A stretch of DNA of 64,000 nucleotides from an uncultured Armatimonadetes bacterium (GTDB taxonomy: Bacteria > Armatimonadota > UBA5829 > DTJY01), in the NCBI GenBank assembly GCA_963717145.1, contig OY970325.1, forward strand, positions 5,280,001-5,344,000. Reading direction: 5' to 3'. Below the pieces are notes generated by a model. The model did no database searches, was not told the DNA's origin, and worked only from the letters and a program-made list of their open reading frames with translations. Position 1 is the stretch's first letter; the number at the start of each line of letters is the position of its first letter. Position numbers and translations under genes: made by a program. Below, one piece after another: positions 1 through 7,601 of this stretch.

Positions 1-601
1 TCACGGTGGTATAGGCTACTCCTCCGACATCCTGGCTTGCCCCGACAAGGAACCTGTCCCTCAGATTGGGCGTCCCGTTCGTCCCGTCGCAGATCACCCA
101 GCCCTGAGGGATCGTGGCAATCGAGCCCGACCACATCAGGATTACACCGGACGGTACTACTCCGACTCCTGCCGCAAGCTTTTCAGGCGTGATCGCGCCG
201 TCCTTTACCGTATCCGCTATCTCCGCCCTCACTGCATACGGCGCGGTCGTCAGTCGCGTGCGAGGGCACAGCTCCGAACCCGTTGCCGGCTGCATCCCGA
301 GCCAATACTGCTTGTCGAACGGCAGACCAATCGCCGTTACTGCACCGAGGTTCACGTTGAACACTCCGCCGTTGGTCTGAACGTTCTGGACCTCCTGCCA
401 CAGAGCTGTGCCTTGCCCGCACGTTTCCACGTCGTAGAGCCGGAATGTCACACTCTGCACCCCGTCACTCACCGGCTGGCCGAGCGAATCGGTCAGCTTG
501 CCCTGAAGTGTCAATACTCTCGGCACCTCGCCGAATGCACCGGCGGCCAGTGCACATAACATCATTGTTACTACGGCATATCGCAACACAAGCGTCCTCA
601 T
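1..601 (-). CDS. Secreted tail-fibre-like protein with phage tail-collar-type domain (3' end outside window)
   Basis: Not in the ORF track; manual translation from ATG 601 (RBS AAGGAGG): signal peptide MRTLVLRYAVVTMMLCALAAGAFG, then VPRVLTLQGKLTDSLG..FRLYD..LWQE..GVFNVNLG..TTAPYAVRA, then GVILMWSGSIATIPQGWVICDGTNGTPNLRDRFLVGA (tail-collar-like); open to the window edge. Confidence 0.75.
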   Translation of the reverse strand, partial: MRTLVLRYAVVTMMLCALAAGAFGEVPRVLTLQGKLTDSLGQPVSDGVQSVTFRLYDVETCGQGTALWQEVQNVQTNGGVFNVNLGAVTAIGLPFDKQYWLGMQPATGSELCPRTRLTTAPYAVRAEIADTVKDGAITPEKLAAGVGVVPSGVILMWSGSIATIPQGWVICDGTNGTPNLRDRFLVGASQDVGGVAYTTV

Positions 602-647
602 CCCTCTTTCCTCCTTTGTGATATCTCCATCAGTACACCAGCGATAG

Positions 648-1513
648 CTACTCCACAACCTCCAGATCATCGGCCTTGCGAGGCTGGACAACCGCGTCGA
701 GCACGCTCCCCCGCACGCGCACACCTGATATTCCGCTCACCAACACGTACCCCCCGACCTCCGGTACCGTGGTGAGATTCGCCTTGGCCACTCTGAGACC
801 CGTCTCCCAAAACGGTGACTTCGATCCGTCGTTGATCACGATGTAGTCGGCGTAGCTGTTGTCGATAACTACCCCGCTGGTACGAATAAAGAGGCCCACA
901 TTGTTCACCCCGATTGCGCCGAGTACCCCCCGCTGGCCCAGCGGCGGAACACCCAGATTGGCCCCCCGACCTGGCGATTGATCATGAAGATCCCTGCGAG
1001 TGGATCTCCCTGGCCCACTACCGCGAGCATGGGGTTCAGAATGATCCGCTCTCCGTTCAAAGTAGATACACTGCCAACCACATTGATCAGGCATCCCTCG
1101 AGCAGCGAGGCGGTCTCTCCTCCGATTCCGACCAGTGCAATGCCGCTCGACCTGTCCGATGCTTCGGCGTAAATGCGGTCGGCAAAGCAGCCCGGCTCGG
1201 CGGTCACCACCAGAGACGCGAGTGCCAGGCGCATCCCGTCTCCCTGGAGCTTCGCCAATCCGGGTGACGATACGAGCAATGGCGGCGACTCCTCGGCAGA
1301 CCACACGCCGAGTTGGGCCATTCGCTGCCCCGCCACGGCTGCCCCGATGGTGAGCTGGCCAATGCTTACAGTGGCGACGCTGTTCCCGCCGACCATTCGC
1401 TCGCCGCCGCACGTGTTGGCAGACCAGCTAATCGCATAGTCGTCCGCCGCCACTTGCCCGGCGCACACCGCCATCAAGAGGATCACCGGCACAACAATGT
1501 ACAGCTTGCTCAT
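648..1513 (-). CDS. Secreted protein: short N-terminal partner domain plus paired OB-fold-like C-terminal domain; one frameshift at G6 run 962-967
   Basis: ORFs 905..1513 and 648..1412 join into one coherent protein if one G is added in the G6 run; signal peptide, YAISWSANTCGG..SIGQ motif, IYAE..DRSSGI..G..STLNGER and GVNNVGL..INDGS..VSGIS..PR..DD motifs. Confidence 0.65.
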
Positions 1514-1740
1514 CTTTCCCTCCTTTCATTCATAGCCCATAAAACAGAACACCCGCGTGCACTACATCGAGCAACCCACGGAAAGCTCGGAGTGTACAGC
1601 GGGTATAGTTATCTTCTACTCTCATCTGATGGAAAAGTCAATAGATGTAAGAGGGATTGCCGAAAAACCGGTATTATTACCAGTTGGTTGTCATGCGTGC
1701 GTTCCGTCGCAGGCATCGCGGGGAGGTTCGGAACAGACAC

Positions 1741-1777
1741 AAAAAAAGTGGCCCGGTCCGCCGAAGCAGACCGAGCC
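1741..1777 (-). terminator. Intrinsic terminator
   Basis: GGCUCGGUCUGC-UUCG-GCGGACCGGGCC-AC-UUUUUUU; two G-U pairs form only on the minus strand. Confidence 0.85.
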
Positions 1778-1828
1778 GAGTCAGAAAGGAGTGATTATGT
1801 ACCGATTACTTCCCGAACAACGATCAAT
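1741..1828 (-). ncRNA. Candidate sigma28-dependent small RNA (~90 nt) carrying an anti-SD/anti-AUG segment
   Basis: Sigma28-like promoter upstream, CAUAAUCACUCCUUUCU segment, 12-bp cUUCGg hairpin followed by U7. Confidence 0.55.
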
Positions 1829-1833
1829 ACTTA

Positions 1834-1860
1834 TTATCGGCCAACCCGCGCGAATCTTCA
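1834..1860 (-). promoter_or_regulatory. Sigma28 (FliA)-type promoter
   Basis: TGAA-N15-GCCGATAA versus consensus TAAA-N15-GCCGATAA; -10 box perfect. Confidence 0.65.
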
Positions 1861-1876
1861 GGTCTTTTTGCCAGGT

Positions 1877-2016
1877 AATGGTTTGTGGTCTATGGCTGAT
1901 GGTTAATGGGGAACGGGGGATGGGCAATGGTCCGGCCATGAACCATCAACCATCCCCCATGAGCCATTCCGGTCTCCGGCATCAACCATTGACCATCAGC
2001 CATCAACCATTCCCCC
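1877..2016. repeat. Inverted array of heptamer repeats (ATGGTTG-like / CCATCAA-like)
   Basis: Tandem ATGGNNN units followed by their complement; same family at 26159, 27895, 29062. Confidence 0.8.
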
Positions 2017-2690
2017 TACGCCGCGATCGTCGCGCTCTCGAGATCGGACCACGCGCCCTTCACGCCGTTCGTATAGACCCAGCGCATCTTGTAGTGCGCC
2101 TGCTTGTTTCCATCCTCGGGCGCGAACGGCACGACCACGGTGTTTCGGCTCGACATGTTGACGTAACGCATGTCGGTCGGCGGGCTCGCCGGCACTTCGC
2201 CGATCTTCACCCAGACCTCGACCGCCTTCACACCCTGCGGCTTCCCCGGTGAGACTGTGCCCTCGTTGTCATTCTGGATGCGGAGCGTATGCCTCAGGGG
2301 CGCACCGATGTTGATACCCGCTGTCGGCCTGTCGAGCGATGTCTCGATCTCGGTCGGGACGGACGGTGCATTGCCGCGCGTCGGGATGCCAAGCTCTTCC
2401 CTGTCCTGGTTCGTAGTTTCGGGATAGGCCTGGATTCGAGCGACCATCGGTCTGATCAGGCTCTCCATGGTCTCCCGCTTGGTGTTCTTGTCCTGAACCT
2501 GGCCTCGATACGTAGTCCAGGTGCCCTCAGCCGTGACTCTCGCCAGGCTGAACTCCGGCTCAGAGTCCGCCAGGTCGACGACATCCGCCGGCAGCAGCCC
2601 GAAGTGAGCGAGATTCGCGCCCAGGTATGCCATGAACTTGTTCATCCATACCTGGAGTTCCAAGTCAGATCCGGGGAGATAACCTCCCAT
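2016..2690 (-). CDS. Conserved hypothetical protein (helical N-terminus, FN3-like C-terminus)
   Basis: 224 aa, RBS GGAGAG; YLPGSD N-terminus, DREELGI, KPQGV and YKMRW..NG.KG.WS motifs of a widespread uncharacterised family. Confidence 0.7.
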   Translation of the reverse strand: MGGYLPGSDLELQVWMNKFMAYLGANLAHFGLLPADVVDLADSEPEFSLARVTAEGTWTTYRGQVQDKNTKRETMESLIRPMVARIQAYPETTNQDREELGIPTRGNAPSVPTEIETSLDRPTAGINIGAPLRHTLRIQNDNEGTVSPGKPQGVKAVEVWVKIGEVPASPPTDMRYVNMSSRNTVVVPFAPEDGNKQAHYKMRWVYTNGVKGAWSDLESATIAA

Positions 2691-2855
2691 AGTAATACTC
2701 TCCTATGTTCCGATCCGTCGTTCCCGACAATGATCGGTCAGGTACTGCAACGGCTTGCGTTCAGATTAGCCGTCCATTTCCATTGTCGGAGGGCCGGGCC
2801 GGCAAAGTTACCTATACTGTAGTCTTTTTTCGCGATTTCTTGTCCCACGTCTCTG

Positions 2856-3031
2856 GGAAGATGACCTTCCGTCTATGGAAAGCAGGCCATTAACCTGCAG
2901 TAAACAGGCCTCCCAACCATGGTAAACAGGCCTCCCAACCATGGTAAACAGGCCTCCCAACCGTGGTAAACAGGCCTCCCAACCGTGGTAAACAGGCTTT
3001 CCGACCATGGTGAACAGAGGTTCCGTCGATG
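2856..3031. repeat. 22-bp tandem repeat, four near-identical core copies (2900-2987) with degenerate flanking copies
   Basis: Unit GTAAACAGGCCTCCCAACCRTG at 2900, 2922, 2944, 2966; degenerate copies at 2988, 3010 and probably 2878, 2856; no spacers. Confidence 0.9.
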
Positions 3032-3222
3032 GAAGTGACGCCTCCGACCGGCTCCCGGAAGCCTTCCGGGGATCCCCCCAAGGCCTGACGCAGAGCCCGA
3101 GACGCACTTGATGCCGGCGCAGGGGGCACAAACCACGCGCCTCCACCCTCCGCCGAATCGTGCTGGCAAAGAGCGGGTTGCTCGTCCATTCCATGCTCAT
3201 TGCGGAGGTGGATACCCAGAAG

Positions 3223-3248
3223 AGGATATAGAGCCTTCGTCGCCGAAT
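3223..3248 (+). promoter_or_regulatory. SigH(Bacillus)-like promoter
   Basis: AGGA-N18-GAAT about 95 bp upstream of the ATPase start; motif recurs in the window. Confidence 0.5.
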
Positions 3249-3341
3249 CCAGCTACTAGCAAGTCGATAGTACCAATGGCGCACGATAAGTCCATACTTG
3301 TAGGCCGTGTAGTGGCGGCTAGGCAGGCTGGAGGCCCATAC

Positions 3342-6002
3342 ATGAGTACGGTATACGAGGAATTGTTGGAGTGGTCACAATCCATTCCCGTGTGGCAGAG
3401 GGATGCATTGCGCAGGCTCGTGAGAGGCTTGCAGCCGGAGGACTTTGAGGAACTAAGACATCTCTGCTTGTCAGCGTTCCAGCTTGCCGTTCCTGGGTGT
3501 AAGGACGTGCAAGCGGAGCCGCTCACTGCTCAGCATCTGCCGTCACCCAAGACTGCGGCTAGCAGCGTCACTCTTCACTCCATCTGCTCCGTAGAGAATG
3601 TGAATCTTCTTGACCCCGAATCCACACTCAACTTCAGCCCAAAGGGACTCACGATCGTATACGGTGACAACGGATCGGGCAAATCGGGATATACCCGCAT
3701 CCTCAAGAAAATGTGCCGTGCGCGTGATGCGGGAGGCCCAATCCACCCCAATATCTTCGAAGAGCCATCAGGAGAACCAGCGTGCGCATGCATCGCATAT
3801 TCTGTGGGTGAGGCTGAACCAACCACATTTGACTGGGTGTATGAACAGGAAGCACCCATCGATTTCTCCCGCATATCGATCTTCGATACCGACTGTGCAG
3901 ATTTCTACGTCACCAAGTACAACGATATTGCGTACCGCCCGTTTGGTCTAGACCTATTCGATCGGCTAGCCAGCTTGGCTGACGATATCCAGCGGGAACT
4001 CGAGCACGATAAGAATAGTGTCGCCAGCAAATGTCCCGGCGTACCCGAAGACATTGACGAAGCAGTCATCATCCGTAGCCTGTTTCCGCTAGGAATCGGC
4101 ACCAAGATGGCAGATATCGTGAACGCAGCTCAATGGAGTGACGCCAACAGCGCAGAGCTGAAGAGGCTTGTGAAGCTGCTGAGAGAGGAGAACCCAGCTA
4201 CGAAGGCTGCGGCCGTGCGCGCCAGAAAGAGCATCGTCGAGGAGTTCAGGAAGCGCGTTGACGGGATCAACTCAACACTCTCAGGGGACCAGTATGTCGT
4301 GTATCGGAAAGACATCGATGACCTGGCAACTGCCAAGGAAACGGCACGAGTTGTCTCTCAACAGGCGTTCTCCGATTGCCTTCCAGGTACGGGCTCCGAC
4401 CCTTGGAAGCAACTCTGGGAGTACGCACGTAGATACTCCGAGGGATTGGCCTACCCATCCATTCCGTTCCCCAACATAGGCGATGATGCTCTATGCGTGC
4501 TCTGCCAACAGCCCCTCCTTGCCGAAGCCAGACAGCGGCTTCTCCTGTTCGCGGACTATATCAAGCAGGAATCGGCGAAGAGGCTAGAAACGTGCGAACA
4601 AGCGATTGAGAAGGACCAGAGCAAGGTTCGGCAGTTGATCACCACTGCCGAGAGTGATAATGGAATGTACGAGGAGCTTACGGTCCACTCAGTCGATCTA
4701 CGTGAATCAGTCAGGCAGTACTTATCGAAAGCCGCCACGGCGCAGGCGGAGTTGCTCTGCGCCCTGGTATCGGGAAACTGGCGGTCTGTACAACCCTGCA
4801 GCTTCGACACGTCTGTTCTCAGCGGGATCATCGCAGCCTTGGAGGAAGAAGCCAGGAGTTGGGACACCAACTCTGATAGAGCATCAGTGACAAAGGCAGA
4901 GGAAACATTGCTGGAACTACGAGCGAAGCAATGGTTGAATGCCAATCTGAGCCATCTTCAGCAAGAGCTGGCTCGTCTGGAACGAGCCGGTAAGATAGAC
5001 AAAGCGATAGCGACTACCAAGACCACTGGGATCTCCCGGAAGGCCACCGAGCTGACGAACAAATATGTCACAGCGGACCTTCAGGTCAGAATCAAGACTG
5101 AACTCAAGGGTATCAATGCCAGCGGTCTTCGCATCACCCTGACGGGTAAGACGGACAAAGGATCGAAGCTTCACCGCGTGGACATCGACGGAAAGACGAT
5201 CCCGGATTCAGAAGTCAAAGATGTTGTTAGCGAAGGAGAGTACCGGGCCATCGCTCTAGCCGCGTTTTTCGCCGAGCTGGGCCAGTCACCCGACAAGTCG
5301 TCTATCGTCGTTGATGATCCGGTGTGTTCTCTGGATCACATACACCGTGGTCGAGTTGCTGCAAGGCTTGTCAAAGAGGCTAGTGTCCGCCAAGTTATCA
5401 TACTAACTCACGACCTTGTTTTCCTGGATGACCTCCTGCGCGAGGCGGGAAGGCAGATGATCGACTACAAGACATGCTATGTTCTCCGCCGGCAAGAGCA
5501 TGTAGGAGTTGTCTGTGAAGGTCTCCCTTGGATCGGTCAGGCGGTGAAGACGCGAATACCCACTCTAAAGAAAGACCTGAGCAGGCTTGAGGCGTTATAC
5601 TCCGAAGATCCAGGATCGAATGAGTATAACCGCCAAGCCAAGCTATGGTATGGCGACCTCAGAGAGACTTGGGAACGCACCATTGAAGAGCTGGTGCTCA
5701 ATAGCGTAGTCATCAGATTCTCACGTGAAGTGCAAACAAGACGACTCCGGAAAGTGGTTGAACTAACCAGTGCAGACTATGACACGGTCGACGAAGGTAT
5801 GAGCAAGTCTTCTACGTGGCTCGCGGGACATGACCAGCCCAAGGCAGTCAATGAACCCATGCCACCCCCTGAGGAACTGGCAACAGATCTCGCGAAGCTC
5901 GAAGAGTACGTGACAGCCCTAACGAAGCGGAAATGCGAACCAAGAAGCAATCAGCCGGCGGTGCAGGTAACTAGTGATCAGCCTCGAACCGATACGAGCT
6001 AG
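3342..6002 (+). CDS. RloC/Rad50-like ABC (AAA_13-type) ATPase with zinc hook and C-terminal HEPN-like domain; probable defence protein
   Basis: Walker A GDNGSGKS, CVLCQQ zinc hook in coiled coil, signature VSEGE, Walker B VVDDPVCSLD, H-loop ILTHD, C-terminal LRETWE..IE and ..GHD; start reassigned to ATG 3342 with GGAGG RBS. Confidence 0.75.
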   Translation: MSTVYEELLEWSQSIPVWQRDALRRLVRGLQPEDFEELRHLCLSAFQLAVPGCKDVQAEPLTAQHLPSPKTAASSVTLHSICSVENVNLLDPESTLNFSPKGLTIVYGDNGSGKSGYTRILKKMCRARDAGGPIHPNIFEEPSGEPACACIAYSVGEAEPTTFDWVYEQEAPIDFSRISIFDTDCADFYVTKYNDIAYRPFGLDLFDRLASLADDIQRELEHDKNSVASKCPGVPEDIDEAVIIRSLFPLGIGTKMADIVNAAQWSDANSAELKRLVKLLREENPATKAAAVRARKSIVEEFRKRVDGINSTLSGDQYVVYRKDIDDLATAKETARVVSQQAFSDCLPGTGSDPWKQLWEYARRYSEGLAYPSIPFPNIGDDALCVLCQQPLLAEARQRLLLFADYIKQESAKRLETCEQAIEKDQSKVRQLITTAESDNGMYEELTVHSVDLRESVRQYLSKAATAQAELLCALVSGNWRSVQPCSFDTSVLSGIIAALEEEARSWDTNSDRASVTKAEETLLELRAKQWLNANLSHLQQELARLERAGKIDKAIATTKTTGISRKATELTNKYVTADLQVRIKTELKGINASGLRITLTGKTDKGSKLHRVDIDGKTIPDSEVKDVVSEGEYRAIALAAFFAELGQSPDKSSIVVDDPVCSLDHIHRGRVAARLVKEASVRQVIILTHDLVFLDDLLREAGRQMIDYKTCYVLRRQEHVGVVCEGLPWIGQAVKTRIPTLKKDLSRLEALYSEDPGSNEYNRQAKLWYGDLRETWERTIEELVLNSVVIRFSREVQTRRLRKVVELTSADYDTVDEGMSKSSTWLAGHDQPKAVNEPMPPPEELATDLAKLEEYVTALTKRKCEPRSNQPAVQVTSDQPRTDTS

Positions 6003-6046
6003 TCAAGCATGGGAACGGCACACGGGGTGGACCGCAACGCTTCCCG

Positions 6047-6859
6047 TCATCTTTCACCTTCGGAGATCAGGGATGCGATGGGTATCGTAACGCCGGGACA
6101 CAGTGTGATCTCGGTTGGGAACTCCCTGAAACGCTCTTCGTCGAGAAAATTGCCAGCGATCCAGCGCTTGAGGTCATTGATGTCTTTGAGGCGTATCAAG
6201 ACCTTGTGTTGTTCGGCTAGCCAGATAGCATCAGGAGTGAACGTGGTGTTTGTGACCAGCAGACCAACGTTGAATTGCCTGCTTTGTACAACCCCAAGCA
6301 ATTCCCGCACGGGGCCAGGTCCTGTCTTTGTGCTTGGTGACCGGTGGTGCTTCACCTGAACTGCAACCAAATGTGGGATTGCAGAATCCTTCGGCCACGC
6401 GATGATGTCTACTCCGCCATCCTTCCTGTTGATCTCGCCCACGCGGTGAGAGCCGTATCCCATGGCATCCAGTATGGAGCAGAGCCGGGACTCCAGCAAT
6501 TCCGGTGTCTCCGCCAGCGATTCGTGCATTGCCGGGCCTGGGCCGTGAAAGCCCCTACGCGGACGCCATATCGGAAGATTGGTTATATCAACGACTTGGA
6601 CCTTTGTTGGCACTATCGTGAGTTCAGCGCCGATATCCAAGGCAAGCGGCTGCTCTGGGCCCGAATGCCCCTGTGTTCTCTCTTCGGGCACCTCTGTCTC
6701 AATACAGGCGCGACAGATATGCTGGACCTGCTCACCGCCAAAGTGTCTTGCCCAGGGGTCAGGCTCCAGTCGGTAGTAGCCTGTTCGCTTGTAGATTATG
6801 CCACTGCACCAGGCGCATTCATAGGTGTACTTGGCGGTGGATTTCCGCACAATCGCCAT
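6047..6859 (-). CDS. Mrr-family restriction endonuclease with N-terminal zinc finger
   Basis: DGGVD..VQVKH Mrr_cat motif, VRELLG..GLLVT..FT..A; N-terminal CAWC..HICRAC; TTGACC-17-TAGAAT promoter at 6910-6938. Confidence 0.8.
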   Translation of the reverse strand: MAIVRKSTAKYTYECAWCSGIIYKRTGYYRLEPDPWARHFGGEQVQHICRACIETEVPEERTQGHSGPEQPLALDIGAELTIVPTKVQVVDITNLPIWRPRRGFHGPGPAMHESLAETPELLESRLCSILDAMGYGSHRVGEINRKDGGVDIIAWPKDSAIPHLVAVQVKHHRSPSTKTGPGPVRELLGVVQSRQFNVGLLVTNTTFTPDAIWLAEQHKVLIRLKDINDLKRWIAGNFLDEERFREFPTEITLCPGVTIPIASLISEGER

Positions 6860-7111
6860 ATTACTCTACCAGCCCTCCGCAACTAGAAGACTCGAAGCCC
6901 AAGGGTTCCATTCTAAGGCATGAACTTGGATCGGTCAATACTGTATGGGGCCGAGGCCGGACAATAGGGCCGGAGGAAGCGCAACAAAGGATGGCATCTG
7001 ACGCTTGAGTTGTCATCAAGGAAGAAAGACCAACCGCCTTGCTCGGTGGGCTATGCCTGCCCGTCCATTAGGCGGAGGTACACCCAATGACACTCCTGCG
7101 CCTACCTCCCC

Positions 7112-7245
7112 GTGAAGGAGACGCGGGGGCGGTGGGTGAACTGTGACCGGAGTACTTGTGGAGAGGTCACAGCTTGAAGTATCTGTTCCCGGCTATCATC
7201 ATCTGTGCAATCCTTGCGTGCGCCGCGCGCGCCGAGTACGAGTAG
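7112..7245 (+). repeat. Duplicated promoter/leader/signal-peptide segment of the GH2 gene (second copy 7540-7663)
   Basis: ~124-bp direct repeat at offset 428; first copy reads MKYLFPAIIICAILACAARAEYE-stop. Confidence 0.9.
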
Positions 7246-7299
7246 GATTCTGCAGAGGAGAGAGCGGTGGGGCGCCTGCTGTCACCAGACGACCATACG

Positions 7300-7464
7300 C
7301 TACGCGGCCCTGCCCTTGCGTTTGGTGAGGCGGCCGTATTTCTCCCGCAGATAGCGTATCTCATCAGATGAGGACTTCTGCTCCCATTCCTTGGAGAGGC
7401 GCTCGCGGGCCTTGCGCATGTATGCCACCGAATCAAAGGTCTTCCCGTACCGTGGCTTCGTCAT
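7300..7464 (-). CDS. Small 54-aa basic protein, antitoxin-like, probably leaderless
   Basis: MTKPRYGKTFDSVAYMRKARERLSKEWEQKSSSDEIRYLREKYGRLTKRKGRAA; ATGACC-17-TAGAAT with extended TG ends 6 nt before ATG; below ORF-track cutoff. Confidence 0.6.
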   Translation of the reverse strand: MTKPRYGKTFDSVAYMRKARERLSKEWEQKSSSDEIRYLREKYGRLTKRKGRAA

Positions 7465-7601
7465 GGCCGTATTCTAGCACATTCCGACACTTTGGTCATC
7501 AGACGATCTGGCTGTTGTATTGCTCAAGGTCACCTGCCTGTGAAGGAGACGCGGGGGCGGTGGGTGAACTGTGACCCGAGTACTTGTGGAGAGGTCACAG
7601 C

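Noticed and set aside
1-601. Prophage tail module or DGR target
   Set aside because: Has a Sec signal peptide; no phage genes, reverse transcriptase or template/variable repeat pair visible in the window
962-967. Phase-variable poly-G tract or programmed frameshifting
   Set aside because: The run is only 6 nt, and similar indels occur in unrelated genes, pointing to assembly error
1557-2252. Plus-strand ORF, including AAGGAG-ATG at 1797
   Set aside because: Runs through heptamer repeats and antisense to a real gene; G-U pairing and the U tract favour a minus-strand RNA, though a short peptide cannot be fully excluded
2856-3031. CRISPR or TIGR-type guide array
   Set aside because: Units are contiguous with no unique spacers, and no cas or Nop-domain gene is nearby
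2808-3284. Minus-strand ORFs across the 22-bp repeat
   Set aside because: Open in three frames only because the repeat lacks stops; no RBS or family signature
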